Assembly: GCF_001194135.2 (NCBI RefSeq)
Contig: NC_068984.1
Span: forward strand, 63,427,177 to 63,491,176
DNA from: Octopus bimaculoides
Lineage: Eukaryota
Direction of reading: 5' to 3'
DNA length: 64,000 bases
Position numbers and translations under genes: made by a program
Notes under the pieces: generated by a model
Databases searched by the model: none
Told to the model about the DNA's origin: nothing
The model's input: the letters and a program-made list of their open reading frames with translations, nothing else
Shown here: positions 14,004-26,782 of the stretch, in pieces
Position numbering within the stretch: position 1 is the first letter of the stretch
Layout of the letters: each line of letters begins with the position of its first letter

Positions 14004-14301
14004 ACGGCATATGGCGTAGTGGTTAAGAGTACGGGCTACTAACCCCAAAATTCTGAGTTCGATTCCAAGCAGTAACCTGAATAATAATAATAATAATGAT
14101 AATAACATTAATAATAATAACATCGAAAAATACCTTAAGAATGAGAACCCAGATTCGAAATTTCCCCAAGAACCCTGATGAAATCTGGAGGGTATATCAG
14201 CCGAAACTTGTTAAACGCTGTTTTAACAACAAATAAGATGAGGAAAAATATCCCTCAAATGTAAATAACGTACATAATTCCCCATCTCTTAAATATAGAA
14301 C
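14004..14301 (+). mobile_element. Full family-1 terminal repeat: tRNA-like head, (AAT)n linker, hammerhead module and 3' hairpin
   Basis: Starts a few bases after the Penelope ORF end. The module is shared with 12468-12600, 39695-39845, 51203-51373 and 52043-52180. Confidence 0.8.
14006..14078 (+). promoter_or_regulatory. tRNA-derived internal Pol III promoter (A and B boxes); not a functional tRNA
   Basis: A box TGGCGTAGTGG at 14012-14022 and B box GAGTTCGATTCC at 14055-14066 with tRNA spacing. An anticodon-like arm GGG-CTACTAA-CCC is present, but there is no good acceptor stem. Confidence 0.7.
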
Positions 14302-14989
14302 ATATCTAATTATCGCAATGCATTCCATGTCCTTCATATCATTATTTCTGTTTTGTTTCATAAATACATTGCATTTGTTTGTCTTGGGTGGTTACTAGAG
14401 CAACTAAACGATACTTTATTACTCACAGACCCGCAAGGGATCAATCGATGGTTTGAAATATATGTTATGTTTTATATTATAGTCTTGGTTACTCTAAAAG
14501 TATACGATGAACATGTCAAATAAATGTTTCATCAAAAGATCTACGATGCTTATATCCCTACCCCACAGGAAGAGGGAGAGAAAAAGATTAGTATGACCGA
14601 TTTCATAAATACCATGAAAATATAGATGAAATATCAAAAATTTGTCTTCAACAGGAGTTCAATATATACGTAATCGAATTGTTTTACGTCAGATAGAAAT
14701 ATTTGATGTTTATCTCAGGGCATCGGCTAGAATATGTTACGCACTTTTTCCGACTCACTGTGCCCTTATTTCAAATCCTGTCTTTCATTCGGTTCGAGGT
14801 CAATAAAAATGCATCAATCCAGTTCAGTGGATTAGCAAAAATACCTTTATATTATTTGTTCTTGATATGACCGTTCCGAGTTCAAATGTCGTCATGGTCT
14901 TCTGTTGTAGTAGATTTTATCCGTTACGTATTTTAGCCCACCATTTGGTGACTTCAGTTTTTCGGATTTCACTTTGTTGCAAACACTTA

Positions 14990-15480
14990 AGTGATGACTC
15001 TCTTTTTGCAACATCGACGTTCAATAACATCTTTTCCAGAAGCATCGAGGACGCATTTTGGCTCAACATTGTGAACATGAAGAAGTACGGCAACCACACT
15101 CTCAAGACCCGAGAAGACATATTGCAGCTCACAATGCAGAACATCATAAAAAAAAAAACAGGGCGATAACTTTCTCAAAAAGAATGTGAACGGATTTTAA
15201 AGCAAGATGCTTTGCAGCATCGCCACGAACAATAGCAATATTCCCAAGAACAAAATCAGCTAATAGTTGTGAAAGAATATCTCAGCAAAACGGACAAGGA
15301 CAAATGAGGCTGTTAAAGGTTATATATCACCGTGGCCAAACTACAGTGCTAGAAGTTTCAGTTAATTTAACTTGTAACAGATGCGGCTTAATAGATGTGC
15401 AATGCCGTCACTGCAGCACTATGATATTCAAAGGAGAGTACAATGGAGGGACATTAGCTTATTCTAATGTTGGTGTTTGG
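14990..15480 (+). mobile_element. Possible Helitron Rep/helicase N-terminal remnant
   Basis: A charged stretch (LSQKECERILKQDALQHRHEQ) is followed by CGLIDVQCRHCSTMIFKGE, resembling the Helitron CxxCxAxxFxGE Zn-finger start. No termini were found. Confidence 0.45.
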
Positions 15481-18400
15481 TTCAAATGTGTTTTAAATCA
15501 TAATGTTATTGAAATCATTGTTTATCACAAAGCTGAAGTTACAAAGATTATTAATTTTCTTAGGGTAGAGACTGTACAATATGGAAGATGCTTGGCAAAT
15601 ATTGTATGACCTTGAGAATAACTGAGATTGCATTATGTGTATAACTAGAAGAGCAAGAATTTAGTTTACAAACTAAATATGTTCGTTACAATCGCTTATT
15701 TCTGCTCTCCGTGTGTGCCTCAATATTTACACTGAATGTTTTGCGTCTATGTTCTGAAAAACTTGCATCTCACAAAAGAGAAATAATGCTCTCTGAAAAT
15801 GCCGCTAATAATGATATACTGAATGCACTAGTAATCCAGGTCTTTGAATATGCGCTTTCAGCAGTTTAATATAATTTTTCAGCTGTAGATTACTGGTAAT
15901 AAATTATACCGTCCAGAAATAGATCTTTCAGTTACTACAATGATGACAAAAATATGATCAATACGGAACAGAAGATTTTTTCTAGGCAAACGAAAAAATT
16001 GACAAGAAACTGCTCTTTTATGTTCGCAAATTTACTGGAATTGTACTAGCTACTGCTTCGAAATATATTGCAACTTCACTATTGAAATCCGGATGGGCTG
16101 TCTATAAATCATTCAAGCGTGTCCTTTAGGCAATATCTATTTAAACGTGGACCTTGTGCCTAGAGTAGAAAAAAATATCTATACGAAGGGTATGATTTTG
16201 GTCTCCTGATGCAAATGGTCGCCTTCTGCATGATGCTCACTCATTAGTGTGATATGAATCCGCAATATGCTACCGACGAATTATCGAAACTTTGTTCCTT
16301 ATTTTCAGAATGAACTTATTAGTCCGTAACGCGTTAATTTTGCCAGTTGTGTGCATGAAAAATCCGTAAATTTGGTGTCAGTGTGGTATTTTGCACTAAC
16401 AGTTAAGCAGATTTTCTGTCATTTTAGCAGTGATTTCGATTAAATGAAAATGGGAAGTGATTACTAGGACTGGACTATTGAAAATCTCCAAATATGGCTA
16501 ATAGTGACACAAGTTTCGTACAACTTGCTGTGATACCACCATTCCTATTATTTGATTCAATTTCTTTATTCTGATCTGGAACATCACAACGGAAATAAAC
16601 GATCAATCACTTCAAGTTCGATTCCAACAACAAAAATCAATGATGGTGATGTGCAAATCATACACTAATTGCATACATCAATTCGAAATGCAAAGCGTGA
16701 ATGTAACGATAGAAGATATGCAGAACACATTGCTAGCTGGAAGTGCATGCGTTCTCAAAATCAAAACTAAAAGACTGGAGTTTGTGGGGGAGAAGCTGAA
16801 GCTTTGTTATAATTTGCAGAGAAGTGCTGTGACTGAGATAAACAGGGATAATATTGGATTCAAATTTTGTTACGAGGCTAGCAATTTCAGGGCAAATCTT
16901 CAACCATTTATATCGGGCCCTTATTTTATTGACCTTATAAATATGAAAGACAAAGATGATTAACTATCTTAATAACATGCCTAGGAACGACCAATATACT
17001 GTAAATCATGGAGAGAACTCTTTCTTTCAAGATTCAGCGTATTTAAGAAACCTGTTTCAGTTTATTTTGGGGTTTCTTAAATGCATTGCTTTTTTTTTTA
17101 TATAAGCCGGAATCGTAAACATTCTCCGTTAGACAGACGTACATTATTAGAATGATATCATTGTGAGTTGCACTTCAGCATAAAGACTAAGCCTTTAGAA
17201 AAGTGTTGAAATTTTCCAGATAAAAAAGGAAAGATCTTCATTTGTTCTGTGAAAACATTTAATGGAGATTAAAAACTTTTGGCAGCATGAGTAGTTTACT
17301 TTAAGCGTGCTTTAGTCAGCATGATAATGATATGTGTTCTTGATCAGAAGATAGAAGATAGTTAAATATGAGAGGTGTTTGGTAATATGTGTGCAAACAT
17401 TTACAATTGCTACGGGATTATAATATAGAATATTTCTTGATATATTTTTACATTAGGAAACATAGGTCCAAATATACTTATCTGTAAAGCTTCTGTTACG
17501 ATGTGCCTCGTCACAACAATAAGATACAATTATTGTCTTTCGACAAGATTACTTTACTCTTGTATGTTCAACCAAACAATAGTGATATTCCCAGGATTCT
17601 ATTGATCTGAATCATAATTGCTCGAAAAACCAGCTTTTATCTAAATATGGATATATTCATGAAATCTGAAATGTAATGTGATACAAGCTTCTCGAAGCAT
17701 GTTTATTTCTTGAAAGGCAGAGGATTTGTAACTAAATATCCAATGTATGAATATTAGATATGCCTTCCCCTATGTATATGGTAGTCATCGTTGAAATCCG
17801 TGTTGAAATACGAGAAAGTGGTGATTTCATTTCAATATGACTACGGATTAAATGAATGCTTCGAAATAATTCGTAAACCGGTTATTCTCTGAACTTCTTC
17901 AAAATGATATATCACGAAATATTCGACTGTTGTAGCTAGAATAGAGGGATATCTTAGTTTCTTTTTATCACTGCTTATTTAATCACAAGCTTTTTTGCTT
18001 TCAATCATGAATTTCTTCACACAGAAAAAATTTAAAATTACATGTTTTCGTTTTCACTGAGGCGCACATACAAACACATTAACGAACATATACCATCACA
18101 GAGATTTATATGCTTATATATACATATCTATATTGTATAATTTCTACACGAATGTTGTAATCAATTTCTATATTAATGCATTCATTTATAAACTGTGATC
18201 CATTTTTAAATATTGACTACTCTGTGCTACGTGTTCTCACTGACTGAACAACAAAGTTTTGCTATTATATTCTGATATTTTATATTATGTACATTCTATA
18301 TTACAATTTATTTTATATCATTCATAAATTCCAATGATCTTCAACGAAGTAGCTGATGGGAATATTCTCTGACACGCGCGCTTGGCGCTCACGCATGTTT

Positions 18401-19009
18401 ATTTATTCGTACAGGGAAAGGGCTAACATTCACTTCGAATATTCGATGCAATAGTGATTACCTATCATTCGTCTTCTATATCACTATTTCTCTGCCATTC
18501 TCCTTTACTCTATGTATATATGTATGTATGTATGTATGTACGTATGTATGTATTGGTACTACCTTATATATAAACACAGCATGCTACCACTTCATTCATC
18601 TCTTCTTCACACTCCCTGCAGAAATGCATTCACACCTGGACCCTAACTCTTTTCCTCTTTGTCCTTCCCAGTTTTCCATCACCCTTCTTTCATTTCACTA
18701 ATGAATGCCAGTAATGTTCGAAATGTCAAAGACCGTTGACAGTTTCTCCCTTCTAGCGTCCGACAAATAACATTTAAAAAAAAACATGTCACTTGTGTTG
18801 TTTCTTGTTTTTGCTCATTCAACATATGTAACTTTTACGCTTATGTGCACTTGTCCTCTTATTTGCTGTTTGCTTCATGTANNNNNNNNNNNNNNNNNNN
18901 NNNNNNNNNNNNNNNNNNNNNNNNNNNNNNNNNNNNNNNNNNNNATATATATAAATATATATACATACATATATACATACATATACACGCACACGCACAA
19001 GTAGATATA

Positions 19010-19273
19010 TATCTGTAATACAATATGTGACAATTATTCAGTTGCCATAATAAGACTCCGAGTTTTGGATGTCGGGGCGGAAACCAGCTCTGGTATCTCA
19101 TCGGTTATGGAGGCAAGGAAAAAATGCTATGGAAATGACCGTTAAACAAAGGGAAATTACTATGTAATTGACTGTTAATAACGCAAAAGAGCTATTAGAA
19201 TGACCGTTAAATAAGGGGAAACCCGAAAGGGAGTAAGTAACAAATAAAGAAGTAAAAATAGCTCATAGCAATC
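19010..19273 (-). repeat. Left arm of a ~265-bp inverted repeat (Penelope terminal repeat, family 3)
   Basis: Imperfect reverse complement of 20572-20833 along its whole length. Confidence 0.85.
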
Positions 19274-19429
19274 GTGTATTCGCCTATGTACATACATACA
19301 CATGCAGGAATACCTACATACGTACGCACATCTACTTAGATGTGCCTGTATGCATTAATATTCCTTATAGATAGATAGACTTTTTCCAGTCACTCATAGT
19401 TACATAAATCTCTTCAATAGACATAACTT

Positions 19430-19945
19430 AAAAAACAGTTTCTGTACAACTACCAATTTTAAAAATATAATCGCACATAACACACAAAAACCACAAAAGG
19501 AAATCAGCTGGTCATGCAAGGATAAAAATTTGTGCCCGCTAAATGGAGCTTGCATGTCCGAGACCATCATTTATGAAGCCACCGAAGACTCTACAACCGC
19601 TAAGTACACAGTTTCAACAAAGAAATATGTGAGCCTTAGAGAGGGGAATTTTAAGGCCAGGTTCAACAATCAAACTTTGAGCTTCAGGCACTGGGATACA
19701 AGGAAAACGACCAAATTATCCAGTCATATATGGTTCTTAAAAGGTAAAGGTGTCAGTTACAACATCCATTGGAAGATTTTAGCCAAGTGTAAGCCTTACA
19801 ATAACGACAGCAGAAAGTGCGGTCTGTGTAATATTGAAAGATGGCTCATCTGTAAAAGCAGCTTAGACCCCGCTATATGTCTAAATTCAAGAACTGAAGT
19901 TTTTGGATAATGTCCACATGTCACAAAATATTTGTTACGTTTTTG
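19430..19945 (+). pseudogene. Penelope-like GIY-YIG endonuclease 3' fragment (a second PLE family)
   Basis: ORF 19530-19910: CPLNGACMSETIIYEAT...KYVSLREGNFKARFNNQTLSFRH...TKLSSHIWFLK...WKILAKCKPYNNDSRKCGLCNIERWLI...LNSRTE, the typical marine-invertebrate PLE C-terminus. Confidence 0.88.
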
Positions 19946-20571
19946 GTCCCACCAAGATTACAGATAGAACCTGCTTTTTATATTGTGTCCACGTACAAAC
20001 ATGTTATCTCTCTATAATTTTAATATATTTTTTATACATTTTTAACATATCTTTACATATTTATAGATATATTTTCGTATATTTACTGTTTTATATAATT
20101 TTACACATTTTTTTCTGTATTATACCTTTCACCCTGCATTTTTCTTGTGCATGTGCGTATATAGACGTCTATATGAACTCTTTTCTGCGCGTGTGTCTGT
20201 GTGCGTGTGTGCGGGTATGTATATATGTACATGTATATGTACACGTGTATGGTTGCTTATATATGTGGGTGTACATGCGAGTGTTTCACGCGAGTGTGAA
20301 TGAGCATATGCATATATAGCATGTGCGTATTTTTAGACGTGTATTTGAATATAATTGTGCGCCTATGGCTATGTGCTCGAGTGTTTGCGCACGCGCGTGT
20401 GTGGATATGTATACGTGTATATGCATGGTTGCATATATATGTGCATTTATTGGCGTATATGTGGGTGCGCACGTTTGTCTTTCACGCGATTGTGAGTGAG
20501 CATATGTATATAGGCACATGTACGTGGGTGTGCGTGCGCGCATGTCTATGCATGTACATGCGCGCATACGG

Positions 20572-20833
20572 GATTGCTATGATCAGTTTTAGTTCTTTAC
20601 TTTTTACTTTCTCCCCTTCAGTTTTTCTCCTTATTTAACGGTCATTCTAATAGATCTTTTGTCTTAATAACTGTCATTACGTGGTAATTTCCTTTTGTTT
20701 AACGGTCATTTTATTAACATTTTTGATCGCCTCTATAACTGACGTGATAACAGAGCAGGATTCCGCCCCAACATTCGAAACCTGGAGTCTTATTGTGGCA
20801 ATCGAATAATTTTCATATATTGTATTTCAGATA
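20572..20833 (+). repeat. Right arm of the inverted repeat (direct-orientation terminal repeat of the 19430 element)
   Basis: Pairs with 19010-19273 and contains the hammerhead-like motif at 20728-20800. Confidence 0.85.
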
Positions 20834-23800
20834 AATTCCTCTATTTACATAATATCGAGGTCTCATTCATTCTTTTGTTGTCTCAACATTACTATTAATA
20901 TATATATATATGTATGTATGTGTTTACATACTAGGAAAATGCTCTCTATATATTTACAAATATATTTACACATGTGTTTCTCGTTGTGTGCGTATCTGTA
21001 TGTTTGTGTGTCTGTCTCTATTATGAATGTGTACAATAATTTCTTTAAAATTCCTTGTCATAAAGTTTTGTCAAAACTGGTTTCTTATGAGTGGTGATTA
21101 CCGTTTGGATAGGGCGTATCTCAATTTACGTATGAACCTGAATTCAAATATTTGATGACATTCCATTATCAAACGTCATGAACGCAACATTTGCACATTA
21201 TCACTTTCCACTTCAATTATGAAACATTCCTCTATGTATTTTATATGCGCATATATTCTCTCTCACAGCCCTGCACACATATGTTTACACACGTACGTAA
21301 GCGCAGATACAAACACATCCTCATGTAAATAAATATACACAGGCGTATATATATATATATATATATACACCCATATACTCTATATATGCATGTCTGAATG
21401 TTTATTTCCGCATTCCGCATGAGCATGTATGTTAAAATTGATGCATATTTGAGATCATTGCATTCACGTCTGCAGAAATGCAGCATAAATTATATTCAAT
21501 GTTCCTACACATGACATCATTTGAAATAATATTTTCAAAATATCAATCATATGCAGTTCATTGTGATATTTGCATCTTCATATAATATCGAGCAACTATT
21601 TTCCTAAACTATATATACCGTATAATACACACCGGCTTTACAAAAACAAATGCATGATATAAAATAAAAGTATCATCCCTCAACACAAGTCAACTCAGAT
21701 TCCTACAAGTATAATAGAAGGGTTACATAAATAGATAATCCATATAGATTTTATGCTCTGTGTCACTAATGGAAAAATATATTGTTCATTACATTATCAA
21801 ATATATGTTTTGCATAATGTTGTTTTCGGCTGCACCCTCTCAGGTTTAATGTCACACTCAGCCGTTCAAGATATCAGAACGAATATAATATTATGTTATA
21901 TATATATGAACATACTTGAAACTGAATAATAGCATCTACAAAATGTTAAAATGCTATTAGACGAAAGAAACGGAGCGATCATTGATTTCACATGCAACTC
22001 TGAGTTGGGTTAGTCAGCTTTACAGTATATCTCAATTTTACAATTTGTGTAGCTGCGTCCAAAAGCAACAAGCATAAAAGAAAGAAAGAGAAAATTTACA
22101 GATTTGATTTGTAAGCGAATAGAAATATTTGCAGCACAAAGAGTATATGTATTGTATTCTCTATTGAAACAGCTGCCATTGGCTTAGAGAGATAACAATT
22201 CTATCAATTTCTAGACATTTCCCCTATATGTGTGTAAACACCTTTCTGTTGTTCGCTTGCACATTTAGTAAATATTTTTGTATATATTCATTTACGGCTG
22301 TTAATGAATTTAGTGAATATATAGTATTACAATATATAATAAAGGGTGACATAATAAACATGATTTCACTCATTCATATATTGTAGTAAGATGTTTGTAA
22401 TATTTATTCTATTTAGTGTAAGCATATGTTTATCAAAAGAACATCACAGTATATTTAAAAAGTGATGAATAACAGATCGCATCAATGTATGCAGTCACTC
22501 ACTGTCACTATTCAAGGAGATCTTTGTCGAAGTGTGAGGTCACATGTCAAATGCGATCAATCAATTATATATTTTGCCAGACACTAACAGTATTCAAAGA
22601 AAAACAATTATTAACCTGAAAACTGGGAAATTTCAATATTGTGATAAACAGTTTTAAGAATAGGTTTAACCATATTAGGTAATATCGTGAGTTGAGAAAC
22701 TTGAAATACTTAAGAATATTTTTGCGTATATGAGGCAAGATAGTCCTTTGAGTCAGTTCTACAAGCGGAGTTATTATCCCAAAATTATCAGCAACACAGA
22801 TTTTATCATATTTTGCTTTTGAAAATAAAGAGGACGTCATGAAAACCAACTGGTGGAAACAACGGACACACTTTTCGTCTTAAATGACTTGCTCCTGCAA
22901 ATCATATTTTGTTGTGATGACAACACTTTGAAGTGAGTTCTGTACGAGTGATCTTCTCTAAAGTAACAGAAAGAATGTGACGTTGATTATATATTTCAAC
23001 AATATGACTGCGCTTTCTAGACTTTCAGTACACACGCTGTAGGTTTCACATATGTACCACGAATTCAAATACTTGAATTAGCTGCTATCATTTATGCATT
23101 AAGTGATGTTCTCGGACTATAGTAAAAGATATCTTTGGATAGTATCAGAAAAACAATTTGAATCTAACGATGACGAGATATTCTTTTCTAGCATTCTTTA
23201 TGATTGTACCTTGATCATCGTTCTGCATATAACTCATATACCCATCATTACACGTTTCTAATTTTCGCCCTCTTTAAATTGTGATAAATAAACATCCAAA
23301 ATGAATAGATTGGTATCAAGAACTACATTGTTTCTTTCTAGTAGTCTATTATTATTTTTTGTCACATCTAAATTAAATATCATCAACCAAACACCATTAT
23401 AAGTTCTATTTGGGAGTTGTATGTGGAAAAGTGTGTCGGAGCCTTCAAGGTTCATATTATGTTTCTTGGAGAAATTTTCCAGTGCTTTGAAGTTTATGGA
23501 GTATTTTATTCTATCATTTCTTTCGGTGTAATTTTGCATAAGGCAGGACCATTTGAAGTAAAAGAAATATTGTTAAAAGATGTCAGCTTGATGTTTTTTT
23601 GTAGTGTAATGCACGGGGTTCTATTTTTCTGTGACTTGTGAACTTGATAGCGATATCTTTTGGTGCATGTTCATGGAATATTTTCCCTATTGCACAGATT
23701 ATGTAACGCGCACACGAGCGAAGGAGCGAATAGAATTTTCAATGTCCGAGGCAATTCTAAAATTAAATTTCTGTTGTGTCATTTACATATTTTACTATGT

Positions 23801-25351
23801 GATTCCCATCTTCTTTCAGCCATTTGTTCATTTCTTTTTTTTTGTATCGGGAAACCACACTAGACAGCGCTATAAAATGTAAGCCTAGCAAACCTCTCTT
23901 AACTGCTTATTCATATCACATTCCGTGGGTTCTGGCTATTTCAAACCTAACATATTCACTATGCTTATGTTCTCAGTTTATTGTCTTCAGTTAACATATT
24001 TCTGCAATAATATTTGAAACTACAAGAAACTCACATAAAGGAAGAGAATATGGCAGTTCAAGTATACTGTTTTATTCCAACTGGATGAGTACAAATGTTT
24101 CCACATTTAATGACATATTTATTTTGTCGGTTCACAACACATAGATCAAGTGCGAATGAAGTCTATTTTTGGTAACGTGCCCGCATTGATAGATATCAGT
24201 ACCATAATGTCTTGAGTACTCTGTCAATTACGAGATGTAATTTTCGGAACATCTAATCTCTTACACAAACCTACCTTGGATCGCAATGCAGGGTAGATTT
24301 TTTCCAGCAGAATTTCGTTCTTGAGGTTCAATAGGTTTATGGAAGTCAAAATACACGAAATGTATGGTGAAATCCTCTCTCCGATCAATTGATATATTAA
24401 CAAAGCCATGTAGAGGCTATGCTAGGCAGTCTATGCTACACGAATAATATGCGGGATGCTATCGAACTGGAGATTTTTGTCTGGCAGGGGTAATATATTT
24501 GATTTTACTATCATTTTCCAATAACTTAGATACAAAGCGAATGCAACTACGATACTCCTCACTACAAGCAACTCATTTCCTTTTTACAAACAGAGGAAAA
24601 TTCTGGAACAGAGAATGGTCGGATATAAAATCTGTATCCAGCAATTTTCTTCATAGATTAGCAAGATCATATGCTAATTAATGTATGTATTCCAAGAGAC
24701 TAACAGAATCTGTCAAGGTCTACTTGTCCATTGACATTAATTTTAGTACTTACCGATTAATTTCCGTTACGTCTAAAGTTATACCATAGCGGATATGCAG
24801 ACGATTTAATCCATGAATACTCCCTAAGTAAACCGAGCGTCTTGTTCACTGAAAATAGCAGCATTGCTTCGGTATTATCAACTATATTTTTCTTGCATTA
24901 ATTTGGAGATTCAGGATTCGATTCATTGTATAGCATCTCGGGAAATGTCATGAATACAAATGAAGATATGCTGGGTTGTTACTTTATTTGAGTCCTGAAA
25001 TTTGACATAGCTACATATCTCGAACTTCACGCGTTTGTAACCCAACAGCACAAGACAGTTATGAAATGCTTACTGAACAAACGTAATAGTGTTGCATAAA
25101 CGCACGTAAATTATGCATAGATGTAGATAATGTCTGTTTCCTGTAGATTACATTATGTATCTCACTAGTAGCCGCCCCAAAATGTAATTAACTTACTATC
25201 TTCCATTTCGACATGGTGTTGTTGACAGTATTTACCGAATGGCATTCTCAGTAATGGTTGCTCTAATATAGACACCGCCCTGCTGTATACACGTCATAAG
25301 AAATATAGGTGAAATGGTCTCTGAAAAACTTTCATTAACATCGAATATATC

Positions 25352-25354
<3 letters not shown>

Positions 25355-25420
<66 letters not shown>
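25355..25420. repeat. (AT)n microsatellite
   Basis: Directly visible. Confidence 0.95.
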
Positions 25421-25422
<2 letters not shown>

Positions 25423-26401
25423 GGATAGTTATTTGGATCTGAAAAGAAATCTTATGCTCAGTCCAAGTATTTAGCTGGTTTTAAGGATGAACATCGCACC
25501 AAAAGTCAGTTGCAAACAGACAATTCAAGGACACCTTTTGAAACATGCAGTATCTTTACACCGATAATAAACACAGTTTCATATTACCAGACATTGGCAC
25601 ACAAAAATATATTAGTAGATGTTTAAGTGACAATTTAGAAAACGTTTGATATTCAGGTAAATGTGTCAACTAGCTCACGCACAATTTTTGAAAACAATCT
25701 GTAAGGAAAAACAGTAGAAATATACAAACCTTTACTAAGTTTCAGCATTTAACATGTATTATTTTATCGGATGGAGCTTCGTTTATATGTTCGAAATTGT
25801 CTCTCTCCTTGGAAGGATTGAAGTAATTTAATAGATCATAAATGCATGCATATTGGAAAGAATTAACTTAGTAATCAGAGAACTGCTAACAAAATCAAAT
25901 TAAAACTCTGCTGATAATAATCACGAGAACTTTTGTAATTCTTTAATCCACATTAATATTGCTTTCCACTTTAGCTGGCCTTGTGCCAAAATTTTAAACC
26001 AATATTAATCTTTATTTTCTTAACCTTTTTTAGGAACAAATTTAAATGCCATCATATTCAGTTATTCAAAATAGTCCCTTATTCCAATTGCTTGTTTGAA
26101 GTTAACTTTTTTTTCTCTATTTTTATTGCTACACTTTATAACAATAGTAGCACTTCTCCATTTTAATTTCTTGATATATTCAATTTAATTTAAACTTAGC
26201 AATTTGTATTGAATTTAATTTATTTAAGATCATCTTAATTTTTCTTCATAGTATTTATAGAGTGGTTTGGTTAATAAAATTCAGTCTGAATAAAGCTCCA
26301 AACTGAGATATTTCCCTTCATGTAAAAAATCTTTAGTAAACGAAGATACAATACAAACATTTAACTAGTAGGATATTGCATTGATAATTATTTTTCTGTC
26401 A

Positions 26402-26782
26402 TTTAACTGCGGCCATACTGAAGCACCGCCTTTAGTGGAGCAAATCGACCCTAGGACTTATTCTTTCTAAGCTTAGTACTTATTCTATCGATCTCTCTGG
26501 CAGAACCGCTAGGTGACGGGGACGTAAACACATTAGCATCGGTTGTCAAGCGATTTGGGGGCAGGACAAACACAGACACACAAACATACATGCATAGATA
26601 CATACGTACATATATATACGACGGGCTTTTTTCAGTTTCCATCTACCAAATCCACTCAAAAGGCTTTGGTTGGCCCGAGGCTATAGTAGAAGATACTTGC
26701 CCAATGTGCCACGCAGTGGGACTGAACTCAGAACCATGTAGTTGGTATGCAAGCTACTGACCACACAACCACTCCTGCGCCT
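26402..26782 (-). mobile_element. Full-length tRNA-derived SINE family B
   Basis: Minus-strand head AGGCGCAGGAGTGGTTGTGTGG...GAGTTCAGTCCC (A/B boxes), internal (TG)-type tract, and a 3' body shared with 31-235. Confidence 0.85.

Noticed and set aside
14006-14078. Functional tRNA gene
   Set aside because: No proper acceptor stem, and it runs into (AAT)n; treated as a tRNA-derived head.
18695-18745. CTAATGAA...TTCGAAATGTCAAAGA, a possible extra hammerhead relic
   Set aside because: Too many core and stem changes to count; it may be an old family-2 copy.
24785-24810. YADD-like motif (TAT GCA GAC GAT) on the plus strand
   Set aside because: No flanking RT motifs, and the frame closes soon after.
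25345-25430. (AT)n flanked by TATCCG/CGGATA forming a long hairpin
   Set aside because: (AT)n is self-complementary, and a 6-bp flank match is weak evidence of function.
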